From Bdellovibrionota bacterium (GTDB lineage Bacteria > Bdellovibrionota_G > JALEGL01 > DATDPG01), in assembly GCA_963668355.1 (NCBI GenBank), contig OY764265.1, positions 1,600,001 through 1,664,000 on the forward strand: a stretch of DNA of 64,000 nt, in the 5' to 3' direction. Position 1 is the first letter of the stretch, and every line of letters starts with the position of its first letter. Shown here one piece after another: positions 48,609-58,452 of the stretch. Both the position numbers and the translations under genes were made by a program. Below the pieces are notes generated by a model. That model was not told the origin of the DNA. It made no database searches and worked only from the letters and a program-made list of their open reading frames with translations.

Positions 48609-49019
48609 TTAATGTTTTGCACAATTCTCACAAAGACCGGACAGAAGTATGGATACTTCTTCCACATGGGCCTTGTTTTCCTCTTCAAACTTTCTAAAGC
48701 TAGGGGGGGGCGCTTCCAAGCCAACATCTTTCACCAAGCCACAATTGCGGCAAAGGAAATGGTGATGTGGCTCCACTTCAAAATCATACGAAGAATGTTC
48801 CTTGTCGATTTTGAGTTCTCGAATGAGTCCCAATTTTACGAGGGATCCTACGGTATTGTAGACCGTGGCCATGCTCATGGTCGGATACTGCGATTTCAGG
48901 TCTTGAAAGATCTGCGCAGCCGTTGGATGAGCATGATTGCCCTCCAAGTAGTCAAGAATTGCCAACCGTTGAGGGGTAAGCTTCAGACCGCTTTCTCGTA
49001 GTTTTTCCTGTAGTCCCAT
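48609..49019 (-). CDS. perR: Fur-family regulator, PerR-like
   Basis: 'LTPQR', 'HPTA', 'ATVYNT', 'HHHFLCRNCG', 'CENC'; directly upstream of ahpC. Confidence 0.85.
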   Translation of the reverse strand: MGLQEKLRESGLKLTPQRLAILDYLEGNHAHPTAAQIFQDLKSQYPTMSMATVYNTVGSLVKLGLIRELKIDKEHSSYDFEVEPHHHFLCRNCGLVKDVGLEAPPPSFRKFEEENKAHVEEVSILLSGLCENCAKH

Positions 49020-49022
49020 AAT

Positions 49023-49076
49023 TTAGAATCGTTTCTAATTAATAATGAATCTAAATTAGAACGATTCCGAAGTCAA
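49023..49076 (-). promoter_or_regulatory. Sigma70 promoter of perR-ahpC overlapped by PerR/Fur-like boxes
   Basis: TTGACT (49076-49071), N17, TAGATT (49053-49048); AT-rich imperfect palindromes at 49023-49038, 49039-49054 and 49056-49070. Confidence 0.75.
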
Positions 49077-49137
49077 CCCCTTTTTTTGACGCCAAAGCCT
49101 CTTCGGCGGGAGCGGGGGGTGGGAGCTCAGAGAGGGG

Positions 49138-49584
49138 CTAGCTAAAATCTCGGTCCATGACGGTTTTCCGGCCGTCTCGTTGGGCGTTCTCAATGGCTTG
49201 GTCGCAAAGCCTTCGAATTTCTTCGGAGAGGCGAGGCATGACATTGGCTGAGGTGCTCATTCCGGATTTTTCTTTGATGTAAGATTTCAATTTTGATGCA
49301 ACAACGAGAATGTCGGAACTCATGGGGGGTCCTTTCTGAAGGTTAGAAGTCAATCGAGAGGATGTTGACGAAGAAGAAGCGTCTGGGCTTGGGGGAAGCG
49401 CTGTGCGTTCCTCCGCCCAAGAGTCACGATGGTTATATATGGGAACATGGCTGTCCCAACAAGCCACGGAACAAAAAACAAAATTGGTTCTTTTTTGATT
49501 GCAGGTGCTGACATTGCAGATCCAATATTTTGCTCCTACCTCGATGGGTTTTTTGCACACGCTGCAGTTTCGCCAGATCGTCAC
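49138..49584 (-). CDS. Bacterial histone-fold protein with N-terminal ZZ-like zinc finger
   Basis: C-terminal 61 aa 'ILVVASKLKSYIKEKSGMSTS...AIENAQRDGRKTVMDRDF' parallel B. bacteriovorus Bd0055 and carry the RKTVxxxD histone motif; N-terminal C7/C10/C23/C28/C38/C42/H46/H52. Confidence 0.9.
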   Translation of the reverse strand: MTIWRNCSVCKKPIEVGAKYWICNVSTCNQKRTNFVFCSVACWDSHVPIYNHRDSWAEERTALPPSPDASSSSTSSRLTSNLQKGPPMSSDILVVASKLKSYIKEKSGMSTSANVMPRLSEEIRRLCDQAIENAQRDGRKTVMDRDFS

Positions 49585-49653
49585 GAGGGAAGCATTATAT
49601 TCCGAATTTGAAAGAAAAGGTCATGGAAAGTTACGCTTATCGCAGAGGGAGGG

Positions 49654-50133
49654 TTAGCGACGAGATCGGCCTCGACCTTCCCCTCGGCCTTTTCGTTGGT
49701 AAAGATGAGAATCGGAGTGCTCGTCTTCATGGTCCATTTCATATCCTTGGGAAGGTTTATGCACTTTGGGCTTCATGATCCAAGAGCTCAAAGAGCCTAG
49801 TCCAACGCAAAGGAAAATCACGGTGACCGTGATGCGAAGCCATTTGTTCTTAATATAGGAGCGAAACGTTCCTTTGATGAAGCTCCAATGCAAAAAAAGA
49901 TGAAGCATGAGCAGAGCCAAAAAAACCAAACCGAGAATGAAATGAAGCTCTCCCCATTCATGTCGGTCCCAACCCCAGAGTGTGAGCTCGACGCCTCGCC
50001 CATAGACTTCCCGAACCTCTCGTCCAGTAGGAAGAACCCAGTTCATGATGAATCCGATTCCAATGATGAGCATCATGCAGAGAAAAAGAATGAGATCATT
50101 TGTAAAGTTTAATTTTGTTTTCAAAGAAGGCAT
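49654..50133 (-). CDS. DUF4405 family membrane protein (putative heme-binding)
   Basis: 'WGWDRHEWGELHFILG...LHLFLHW'; three TM segments. Confidence 0.8.
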   Translation of the reverse strand: MPSLKTKLNFTNDLILFLCMMLIIGIGFIMNWVLPTGREVREVYGRGVELTLWGWDRHEWGELHFILGLVFLALLMLHLFLHWSFIKGTFRSYIKNKWLRITVTVIFLCVGLGSLSSWIMKPKVHKPSQGYEMDHEDEHSDSHLYQRKGRGEGRGRSRR

Positions 50134-50212
50134 GATGGGAAAATTCTATCTCGATTCGATTCCTTTTTCGAGATGTTGTTCGAGGGAATCCAAGCCCCAG
50201 GGAGGAGAGCTC

Positions 50213-50776
50213 ATGAGAAAAAAAGATGCCCCAAAAACCAATGAATTGTTTACGGAGAGGTGGTCTCCGCGTGCATTTGAGGAATCTCCACTCGAACAAG
50301 CAGAGATCGATGCGCTATTCGAGGCCGCGCGTTGGTCTCCTTCTTGTTACAATGATCAGCCTTGGTACTTTGTCTACGCCACTGAAGGAGAGCCCCTCAA
50401 ACGACTGCAATCGGTATTGGTCGATTCCAATCAAGTATGGGCCAAGAAAGCACCGATGTTGGTGATGGTTTTTGCTCGGAGGAATTTCGCGCACAATCAA
50501 AAGGAAAATAAGTGGTCTGAGTTTGATGTGGGGGCCTCCACGATGGCCTTAATTTTCCAGGCGCATTTCATGGGCTTGAGTTGTCACCCCATGGCGGGCT
50601 TCTCCCCCGAAAAGGCCTATGAAGTTTGTGGTGTGGATCCCAAAACCCACAAAGCCATGTGTGCGTTGGTGGTTGGAAAACAGGGAGATCGGAAAACCTT
50701 GCCTTCGGATATTCAGGAAAGAGAATTTCCCAATGATCGCCACCCCACGGGTGAATTTGTTCAAAAACTTTCTTAG
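50213..50776 (+). CDS. Nitroreductase family protein
   Basis: RBS GGAGGAG; 'ERWSPRAF', 'EAARWSPSCYNDQPW', 'HPMAGF'. Confidence 0.92.
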   Translation: MRKKDAPKTNELFTERWSPRAFEESPLEQAEIDALFEAARWSPSCYNDQPWYFVYATEGEPLKRLQSVLVDSNQVWAKKAPMLVMVFARRNFAHNQKENKWSEFDVGASTMALIFQAHFMGLSCHPMAGFSPEKAYEVCGVDPKTHKAMCALVVGKQGDRKTLPSDIQEREFPNDRHPTGEFVQKLS

Positions 50777-50912
50777 GTTAACCAACGCAAAGCATTGTTT
50801 TGGCCGTTCCTTTCTCCGGAGTAGAAGGGGCTTTCCGAGGTTTGAAGAAAAAAACCTGTAGAAAATCATAGAAATTTGATTTCTCAAGGGGTTCTGGCAA
50901 AAAGACCTTCCA

Positions 50913-51560
50913 TTGAGTCAGATTTTTCCGAAAAAGACAGATGTGGTGTTGAAGGCTTTGGGTCCTTTCTCGGCCCTCGGAGCCCTCGTGGTTGTGGGGT
51001 TGGTCTGGTATTACTTTTCACCTGAATACACGAATGTTGGCTACAAACCTTCGCAACCCATTGAATACAGCCACAAGCTTCATGCCGGCGACCTGGGGAT
51101 GGATTGTCGATATTGCCATACGAGTGTGGAAACGACGGCCTTCGCGGGTGTCCCTCCGGTTCAAACCTGCATGAATTGTCATAAATTGATTCTGACGGAG
51201 AGTGAAAAACTCAAAGCACTCTATGAAAGTTGGGATTCTGGAAAACCCATCGCGTGGACGCGCGTGCATGATTTGGCGGATTACGTCTATTTTGACCATA
51301 GTGCCCATTTGAATGCGGGGGTCGGGTGTGAAAGTTGTCACGGAAATATCACTCAAATGGACGTTGTAAAGCAGGTTCATTCATTAAGCATGGCGTGGTG
51401 TTTGGATTGTCATCGGAATCCCGATAAGCACTTAAGGCCCAAAAGCAAAGTCACCGAAATGGGATGGGTTCCTCCCGCCAACCAGCTGGAAATGGCCCAA
51501 AAGTTCAAAAAGGAGAGAAATCTGAAGCCTTCGAGTGATTGCACGGTTTGTCATCGTTAG
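50913..51560 (+). CDS. actA: Alternative complex III pentaheme cytochrome c
   Basis: N-terminal TM and five CxxCH motifs (CRYCH, CMNCH, CESCH, CLDCH, CTVCH). Confidence 0.95.
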   Translation: MSQIFPKKTDVVLKALGPFSALGALVVVGLVWYYFSPEYTNVGYKPSQPIEYSHKLHAGDLGMDCRYCHTSVETTAFAGVPPVQTCMNCHKLILTESEKLKALYESWDSGKPIAWTRVHDLADYVYFDHSAHLNAGVGCESCHGNITQMDVVKQVHSLSMAWCLDCHRNPDKHLRPKSKVTEMGWVPPANQLEMAQKFKKERNLKPSSDCTVCHR

Positions 51561-51569
51561 GGAGATGTT

Positions 51570-54500
51570 TTGAAGGAAGAACAAAAAACATATTGGCGAA
51601 GCATTCAGCAATTGGAAGGGGATCCAAATTATCTGGAGTCCTTGCATCGCGAGTTTCCCGAAGGTGCTAGCGAACTGAATGATCCCATCTCGCGGCGGTC
51701 CTTTTTGAAATTCATGGGGGCCTCCGTTGCTTTTGCCAGTTTGGCCAGCTGTCGCAAGCCGTTGGAAAAGATCATTCCTTATGTGAATGCTCCGGAAAAC
51801 CTCATTCCCGGAAAACCACAGTATTATGCGACGACGATGCCGTTTGGCTCTCGGGCCTACGGTTTGGTTGTGGAGAGCCATGAGGGGCGACCCACCAAAA
51901 TTGAAGGGAATAAGCTTCATCCAGCCAGTTTGGGAGCCACGGACGCTCGAACACAGGCCGAAATTCTGAATCTCTATGATCCGGATCGGAAAAACGTTCT
52001 TACGCATAAAGGACAACCGGCTTCATGGGAAGACTTTGAGGCGTTTTGGTCTTCGGAATTTTCCACCTTCGCCTCCAATCGAGGAAAGGGTTTGGTCGTT
52101 TTGTCCGAATCTTTTTCGTCTCCGACGTTGGAGCGATTGAAAAAGAAGTTCCAAGAACGATTTCCGCAAAGTGTCTGGGTTCACTATGAGCCCATTGATG
52201 AGTCTCATGAGCGGGAAGGCTTAACGCGTGTTTTTGGACACCCCGCCCATGCCCAGTTGAGCTTAGAAAAGGCCAAGCGAATTCTTTCCTTGGATGCGGA
52301 CTTTCTTGGAAATCACCTCGATCAAGTCGCGTTGACGAAGGCGTTTTCCAAAGGGCGGGATCCCCATGTGGCAGGGGGGATGAATCGTCTCTATGTGGCT
52401 GAAAATGACCATTCGTTAACGGGGGGAATGGCAGATAAGCGTTTGCGGATGCCGAGTTCTCAAATCTTTGCTTTGGCTCAGGAAATTGCCTCTGAGTTAA
52501 AAGGGTTGGGGGCGGATCTTTCCCTCTCCAAAGTTGCCCGATCTGCGAAGGACTCTTTCGCCAGCCAAGTAGCCAAGGATCTCTGGAAGCATCGAGGTGA
52601 GGCTGTGGTCATCGCGGGCTTGCATCAACCTGCAGAAGTTCATGCATTGGCCTATGAGCTGAACCGCGTTTTGAACGGAGTGGGTCGAACGGTCTCCTAT
52701 CACAAAGTTCCTGAGGCAACGCTTTCCAACGAAAAAGATTTTGAGAATCTCATTGGACGAATGCGATCCGGAAAAGTCTCGACGTTCATTACATTGGGTG
52801 GAAACCCTGTATTTAATGCCCCTGCGGACTTTGACTTTGAAGCCCTGTATCAAAAGGTTCCATCGCGCATTCACTTTTCCCTCTTGCCCGATGAAACCGG
52901 AAAGTTAGCTGACTGGGTTTTGCCCCGAGCCCATTTTCTAGAAAGTTGGGGTGATGCTCGACATATCGACGGGACTTTGAGTTTGGTTCAGCCACTCATC
53001 CGACCTTTGTTTCAGGCTCGAAGTGATGTGTCTTTTTTGGGTCTCTTGAGCATGAACATGAACCTTTCAGATTTCGATCAGGTCCAACAAACGTGGAGGT
53101 TTTCCCTGGGTAATTTTGAATCCGAGTGGAGGCAAGGTCTTCACGACGGTGTTTTAAAGAAAGAACCTTTGGAATTATTGGAAATTTCCAAAGCTTCTTT
53201 GAAAGGCTTGAAGGCCAAGCCTGTGAGTCGGCCGACTTTGAAATCCTTAGAACTTGTGTTTCAGGCCTCACCGGCGGTATTTGATGGTCGGTATGCCAAC
53301 AACGCGTGGCTCCAAGAACTTCCCGACCCCGTGACGAAGATCACGTGGGACAATGTTGCGAAGTTGAGTCCTCAGACGGCAAAAGAGTTCAATTTAAAAG
53401 ATGGGGACCTGGTGGATTTAACCGTAGGTGATCGGAAAATGAACGTAGCCATCTGGGCCGTTCCCGGTCACGCCAAGTATAGCGTGAGTTTGGCTTTGGG
53501 ATATGGTCGGACGAATTCGGGCGTGGTTGGCAAAAACGCCGGGTTTAATGCCTACGCAATTCGAGACTCCAAGAATCCAGGGATTTTAAGCGGTGTAAAA
53601 CTCTCCAAGGTCGGTAAAACCTATCCCATTTCTTGCACGCAAGACCATGGCAGCATGGAGGGCAGGGCCATTGTTCGTGAAGGAAGCTTGGATCAGTATA
53701 AAAAGGATCCTGAGTTTGCCAAAAAGATGGTGAAGCACCCACCCCTCAAATCGTTGTGGGAGGAAAAAGATTACAAAGAAGGTCACCAATGGGGGATGAC
53801 CATCGACTTGAACAAGTGCACAGGCTGCAACGCTTGTGTGACCGCTTGTCAAAGTGAGAACAATGTTCCGGTTGTTGGGAAAGAACAAGTGGGCAATGCG
53901 CGAGAAATGCATTGGTTACGAGTGGATCGGTACTTTGCGGGAACGCCGGAAGAGGCCGAAATGGTGGTTCAGCCCATGGCCTGTCATCACTGTGAAAACG
54001 CCCCTTGTGAACAAGTGTGCCCCGTGAATGCGACGGTTCATGATGACGAAGGTCTCAACGCCATGGTGTATAACCGATGCATTGGCACGCGCTATTGTTC
54101 GAACAACTGTCCGTATAAAGTTCGCCGATTCAATTTCTTCAATTATACGAAAGACAAATCCGAAGAAGAAAAAATGGCCATGAATCCGGATGTCACGATT
54201 CGTTTTCGTGGGGTCATGGAGAAGTGCACGTACTGCGTGCAACGAATCAGCAAAGCCAAGATTGATGCCAAAAACCAAAGTCGTGACGTCAAAGATGGCG
54301 ATTTTCAGGTGGCGTGTCAGCAGGTTTGTCCCGCAGAAGCCATTCAATTTGGCAATTTGGTTGACCCAAAAAGTGAAGTGGTTCAACAAAAGAATAATTC
54401 TCGAAGCTATGATCTCTTGGCCGAACTCAATGTGAAGCCGAGGACATCTTATTTGGCGAAAATTCGGAATGTAGACTCCCAAAAGGGAGGTGATTCGTGA
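51570..54500 (+). CDS. actB: ACIII molybdopterin-oxidoreductase-like / Fe-S subunit
   Basis: 'YWRS..EFPEG..SRRSFLK' TAT-variant leader, '[10 protein letters not shown]', C-terminal Fe-S motifs ([41 protein letters not shown]). Confidence 0.96.
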   Translation: MKEEQKTYWRSIQQLEGDPNYLESLHREFPEGASELNDPISRRSFLKFMGASVAFASLASCRKPLEKIIPYVNAPENLIPGKPQYYATTMPFGSRAYGLVVESHEGRPTKIEGNKLHPASLGATDARTQAEILNLYDPDRKNVLTHKGQPASWEDFEAFWSSEFSTFASNRGKGLVVLSESFSSPTLERLKKKFQERFPQSVWVHYEPIDESHEREGLTRVFGHPAHAQLSLEKAKRILSLDADFLGNHLDQVALTKAFSKGRDPHVAGGMNRLYVAENDHSLTGGMADKRLRMPSSQIFALAQEIASELKGLGADLSLSKVARSAKDSFASQVAKDLWKHRGEAVVIAGLHQPAEVHALAYELNRVLNGVGRTVSYHKVPEATLSNEKDFENLIGRMRSGKVSTFITLGGNPVFNAPADFDFEALYQKVPSRIHFSLLPDETGKLADWVLPRAHFLESWGDARHIDGTLSLVQPLIRPLFQARSDVSFLGLLSMNMNLSDFDQVQQTWRFSLGNFESEWRQGLHDGVLKKEPLELLEISKASLKGLKAKPVSRPTLKSLELVFQASPAVFDGRYANNAWLQELPDPVTKITWDNVAKLSPQTAKEFNLKDGDLVDLTVGDRKMNVAIWAVPGHAKYSVSLALGYGRTNSGVVGKNAGFNAYAIRDSKNPGILSGVKLSKVGKTYPISCTQDHGSMEGRAIVREGSLDQYKKDPEFAKKMVKHPPLKSLWEEKDYKEGHQWGMTIDLNKCTGCNACVTACQSENNVPVVGKEQVGNAREMHWLRVDRYFAGTPEEAEMVVQPMACHHCENAPCEQVCPVNATVHDDEGLNAMVYNRCIGTRYCSNNCPYKVRRFNFFNYTKDKSEEEKMAMNPDVTIRFRGVMEKCTYCVQRISKAKIDAKNQSRDVKDGDFQVACQQVCPAEAIQFGNLVDPKSEVVQQKNNSRSYDLLAELNVKPRTSYLAKIRNVDSQKGGDS

Positions 54501-55867
54501 GCATTCACGACAAGCCTTTGATTGATGGAAAACCTACCTTCCACTGGATTACAGAGCATGTTTGCTCCATCGTCGAAAAGGGAAAAATGCCTCCCGTTTG
54601 GTGGGCCACCTTGGCGATATCCACATCCTTGCTTTTGGTGTTGGCGGGTTCCGTGGGCTATTTGTTTTGGGAGGGCACCGGAATTTGGGGTCTTCAAGTG
54701 CCTAATGCTTGGGGCTGGGCCATCGTAAACTTTGTGTGGTGGGTTGGAATTGGTCATGCCGGCACATTGATTTCGGCCATTTTATTTCTGTTCCGTCAAA
54801 AATGGCGCACGTCGATCAATCGCTCTGCGGAAGCCATGACGTTGTTTGCTGTGATGTGTGCCCTGGTCTTTCCCACGATTCACGTCGGCCGTGTTTGGGT
54901 CATCTACTACACGCTTCCTGTGCCGAATCAGATGGGCATGTGGCCGAATTTTCGGAGTCCCCTTATGTGGGATGTCTTTGCCGTGAGTGTGTACTTCGCC
55001 GTCTCCGCCATCTTTTGGTACGTTGGCCTCATTCCGGACTGGGCGACGCTAAGGGACCGAGCCACCTCCAAAGTGAAACAAGTCATTTACGGAATTTTGG
55101 CTTTGGGTTGGCATGGTGGAAATCGCCAATGGAAACATTATGAATTGGCGTATTTGATTTTGGCTGGTGTGGCGACGCCTTTGGTCCTTTCAGTCCACTC
55201 CGTTGTGAGCTTTGACTTTGCGGTTTCTCAGGTTCCGGGTTGGCATACCACGATCTTCCCTCCTTATTTTGTGGCTGGAGCCATTTTTTCAGGGTTTGCC
55301 ATGGTGGCAACCTTGTTGATTTTGGCTCGAAAAATTTGGGGATTGGAAAAATTTATTACGAGACGTCACTTGGATGTCATGGCGAAAGTCATGTTGGCGA
55401 CATCGTTGATGGTAGGGTACGCGTATACGATCGAGTTTTTCACTGCCTGGTACAGTGGCAGTGAATATGAATGGTCGATCTTTGTGAATCGAGCCACGGG
55501 ACCCTATGCTTGGGCCTATTGGATCATGTTTGTGTGCAATGTGTTTGTGCCTCAGATTTTTTGGTTCAAGTCCATGCGAAATCATCTGGGTGTGATGTTT
55601 GTGGCCACGATTTTTATCAATATCGGAATGTGGTTTGAACGTTTTGTCATTGTGATCAGCTCGTTGGCTCAGGATTTTTTGCCTTCCAGTTGGGATTACT
55701 TTGTTCCCACCATTTGGGATATTTTGACGTTTGCCGGAACGTTCGGACTTTTCTTTACGATGTTTATGCTATTCATTCGTTTTGTTCCGATGGTGGCCAT
55801 CTCGGAAGTGAAGGGTGTTTTGCCGCAAGCCCAAGTTCACCATCACGAGGATGAGGAGGTCGCATGA
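54497..55867 (+). CDS. actC: ACIII quinol-binding NrfD-family subunit
   Basis: '[19 protein letters not shown]', 'HVGR', 'WDVFAVS', '[11 protein letters not shown]', 'MWFERF'. Confidence 0.97.
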   Translation: MSIHDKPLIDGKPTFHWITEHVCSIVEKGKMPPVWWATLAISTSLLLVLAGSVGYLFWEGTGIWGLQVPNAWGWAIVNFVWWVGIGHAGTLISAILFLFRQKWRTSINRSAEAMTLFAVMCALVFPTIHVGRVWVIYYTLPVPNQMGMWPNFRSPLMWDVFAVSVYFAVSAIFWYVGLIPDWATLRDRATSKVKQVIYGILALGWHGGNRQWKHYELAYLILAGVATPLVLSVHSVVSFDFAVSQVPGWHTTIFPPYFVAGAIFSGFAMVATLLILARKIWGLEKFITRRHLDVMAKVMLATSLMVGYAYTIEFFTAWYSGSEYEWSIFVNRATGPYAWAYWIMFVCNVFVPQIFWFKSMRNHLGVMFVATIFINIGMWFERFVIVISSLAQDFLPSSWDYFVPTIWDILTFAGTFGLFFTMFMLFIRFVPMVAISEVKGVLPQAQVHHHEDEEVA

Positions 55868-56406
55868 ATGAGGGGTTGAAAGTCCTCGGCCTCATTGCCC
55901 ACTTTGACGGACCGGAGACGCTTCTTCGGGCAGCTAAGGCCATGCGTGCGGAAGGCTATTCGAAGTTTGACTGTCATTCTCCGTATCCCATTCATGGGAT
56001 GGACCAAGCGATGGGGCTAAAGCGGTCGCCCGTGGGCTGGATCGCGGGAATGTTTGCGCTGACGGGAATGGTTGTGGCTTTGGGAATGCAGTTTTGGATG
56101 AACTCGGTGGATTATCCCATCGTGATTTCAGGGAAGCCGCTTTATCCTTGGCAAGCTTTTGTGCCCATCACGTTTGAGTTGTCCATTTTGTTTACCGCCA
56201 TTGGGGCCGTGTTGGGAATGTTTGTTCTCAATAAATTGCCTCAAGTTTACAACGCGTTGTTTGGGGCTCCTTCATTTGGAAAGTTTTCGGATGATGGATT
56301 TGTCTTGAGCGTTGAAGCCAAAGACTCAAAATTTAGTGAAACCGAAACGAAGGCTTTTTTGGCCTCCATTGGAGGCGAGAATGTTGAGGAGGTGAGAGAG
56401 CTATGA
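55864..56406 (+). CDS. actD: ACIII subunit D (DUF3341)
   Basis: '[13 protein letters not shown]', 'ISGKP', '[10 protein letters not shown]'. Confidence 0.95.
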   Translation: MNEGLKVLGLIAHFDGPETLLRAAKAMRAEGYSKFDCHSPYPIHGMDQAMGLKRSPVGWIAGMFALTGMVVALGMQFWMNSVDYPIVISGKPLYPWQAFVPITFELSILFTAIGAVLGMFVLNKLPQVYNALFGAPSFGKFSDDGFVLSVEAKDSKFSETETKAFLASIGGENVEEVREL

Positions 56407-56978
56407 AACACCTCCCCCTCTTCTTAAGCCTGTTGATGTTGGCAGGGTGCTTGCGCGGTACAACGTCGGAAGACCCAGCCATTCACCTCAATCCAAATAT
56501 GGATAATCAAGAAAAGTACCAAGCTTACGAGGCCAGTCCTCTTTTTGAAGACGGAAAAGTCATGCGGCCTCGAATTCCAGGAACCATCGCCCGAGGAGAA
56601 CTTCACTTGGATGATCCCACTCCTGAAAACAACCCCCTTCCAGTGACCCAAGAAAATCTAAAACGCGGACAAGAAAGATATGGAATTTATTGTTCTCCTT
56701 GTCATGGGGCTGTGGGTGATGGAAAAGGAATGATTGCCAAGCGTGGCGTTCCACTTGGATTTGTTCCTCCCACAAGTTTTCATTCAGATCTGTTGCGTCA
56801 ACAAAATGATCGACATTTTTTTGACGTCATTTCAAATGGAATTCGAAATATGGAACCCTATCGTCATCAAATTCCGCGAGAAGATCGCTGGAGAATCGTT
56901 CAGTACGTGAGAGCCTTGCAACGGAGTCAACACGCACATTTGAAAGATGTGCCTGTAGAGAGGCGAGGGGCATTGTGA
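56403..56978 (+). CDS. actE: ACIII monoheme cytochrome c lipoprotein
   Basis: Lipobox 'LAGC', 'RGQERYGIYCSPCHG', 'DRWRIVQYVRALQ'. Confidence 0.95.
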   Translation: MKHLPLFLSLLMLAGCLRGTTSEDPAIHLNPNMDNQEKYQAYEASPLFEDGKVMRPRIPGTIARGELHLDDPTPENNPLPVTQENLKRGQERYGIYCSPCHGAVGDGKGMIAKRGVPLGFVPPTSFHSDLLRQQNDRHFFDVISNGIRNMEPYRHQIPREDRWRIVQYVRALQRSQHAHLKDVPVERRGAL

Positions 56979-58168
56979 TGAAGTTAGGATTTGATCAAAC
57001 AACTTATCGCATCACACGAGTTCGTCCCGTTTTGATGGCCAAAGGCATCGGTGGAGCTGTGGGGTTGGCTTTCTGCCTTGTCGCGTATCTTCAAGACTCC
57101 AAACAATTCTTCTTCTCTTATTTGACGGCGTTTTCGTTTGTTCTGTCGATGGGCCTGGGGGGGATGTTTTTTACGATGTTGCATCACGCGGTTGCCGCAA
57201 AGTGGAGCGTGGTTCTTCGTCGTGTGAGTGAAACATTGATGAGTTTGGTCCCTTGGATGTTCATCTTTTTTCTGCCAATTTTGCTTTTTGGCATTCATGA
57301 TCTCTATCCCTGGAGTCATGTTGAACATGTTGCCCATGATTCCATTCTTCAGAAAAAGGTAGCTTATCTGAATGTGCCTTTTTGGATTGTAAGATCTCTG
57401 CTTTATTTCCTGATTTGGACGCTCCTGGCGAGGTTCTTTTACAAAACGTCTTTGGCTCAGGATGAGGCCTTCGATGAAAAAAGAGCGGAGAAGATGACCA
57501 AATGGGCTCCTCTGGGACTGATTCTCTTTGCGTTTACGGTGACCTTTGCTTCCATTGACTGGATCATGTCTTTGGATCCCCATTGGTTCTCAACCATGTT
57601 TGGCGTCTACTTCTTTGCGGGCTCTTTCATGAGTGGATTGGCATTTATTCTCCTGGTGGTTCTGTACTTTAGATATTCTGGAGCGTTGACGAATGTCATT
57701 TCAAGCGAACATTTGCATGATTTGGGAAAACTCATGTTCGCCTTTATGGCTTTTTGGGCTTACGTAGCGTTTTCCCAGTACATGTTGATTTGGTATGGAA
57801 ACATTCCCGAAGAAACGGTGTGGTACCTGCATCGCAGTCATGGTTCCTGGGGAATCCTCTTCTTGTTTGTGGGGTTATTTCACTTTGTTTTGCCGTTTTT
57901 GATTTTGTTACCCCGAGAGATCAAAAGAAACCCCATCGTTCTTTGGGTCATGGCCCCCTGGTTGATTGTCATTCATTGGGTAGATCTCTATTGGGTGGTG
58001 ATGCCCAATCTTCATCCCCATGGCATTCACTTTTCCTGGGTTGATGTTGCGGCCTATGTGGCGCTGAGTGGTTCCTTTGCAGGGTTGTTTTGGTGGAAAA
58101 TGTCGAAACATGCTGTGATTCCCATTCATGATCCAAATCTTAAGGCTTCCAAGGAGAGCGTCAGTTGA
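56975..58168 (+). CDS. actF: ACIII membrane subunit F
   Basis: 'DWIMSLDPHWFSTMFG', 'HDLGKLMFAF', 'SQYMLIWYGNIPEET'. Confidence 0.95.
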   Translation: MMKLGFDQTTYRITRVRPVLMAKGIGGAVGLAFCLVAYLQDSKQFFFSYLTAFSFVLSMGLGGMFFTMLHHAVAAKWSVVLRRVSETLMSLVPWMFIFFLPILLFGIHDLYPWSHVEHVAHDSILQKKVAYLNVPFWIVRSLLYFLIWTLLARFFYKTSLAQDEAFDEKRAEKMTKWAPLGLILFAFTVTFASIDWIMSLDPHWFSTMFGVYFFAGSFMSGLAFILLVVLYFRYSGALTNVISSEHLHDLGKLMFAFMAFWAYVAFSQYMLIWYGNIPEETVWYLHRSHGSWGILFLFVGLFHFVLPFLILLPREIKRNPIVLWVMAPWLIVIHWVDLYWVVMPNLHPHGIHFSWVDVAAYVALSGSFAGLFWWKMSKHAVIPIHDPNLKASKESVS

Positions 58169-58452
58169 AACATTGGAAAGTCATATTGGGTGTTGGTGTG
58201 GGAAGTGCGCTGGCTGCACTTTTGTTGGTAGTTTCCGTTGGGTTGATTTATTCCATTTTTGGGTTGTACCGAGATCATCTTCATGAAGAACGTGTTCTCA
58301 AGCCTGTGGCGACAGATCTGCTTGAAACGAAAAAAGAGGCGGATGCAATTTTGAATTCGTATGGACAGGTGGATCCGGACCAAGGGATTTATCGCATTCC
58401 CATTGAGCGGGCCATGGACCTCATGTTGAAAGAGAACGGAGGTCAACGATGA
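58165..58452 (+). CDS. actG: ACIII small subunit (ActG-like)
   Basis: Single TM, 'YGQVD...YRIPIERAMDL', position directly after actF. Confidence 0.65.
   Translation: MKHWKVILGVGVGSALAALLLVVSVGLIYSIFGLYRDHLHEERVLKPVATDLLETKKEADAILNSYGQVDPDQGIYRIPIERAMDLMLKENGGQR

Noticed and set aside
50045..50212. N-terminal extensions in the ORF track (nitroreductase, maeA, EamA, DASS, PilX)
   Set aside because: They overlap neighbouring genes or promoters, and better downstream starts with an RBS or family-typical N-terminus exist.
51570..54500. Catalytic molybdoenzyme
   Set aside because: Context and leader identify ActB, whose molybdopterin-like domain is known not to bind the cofactor.
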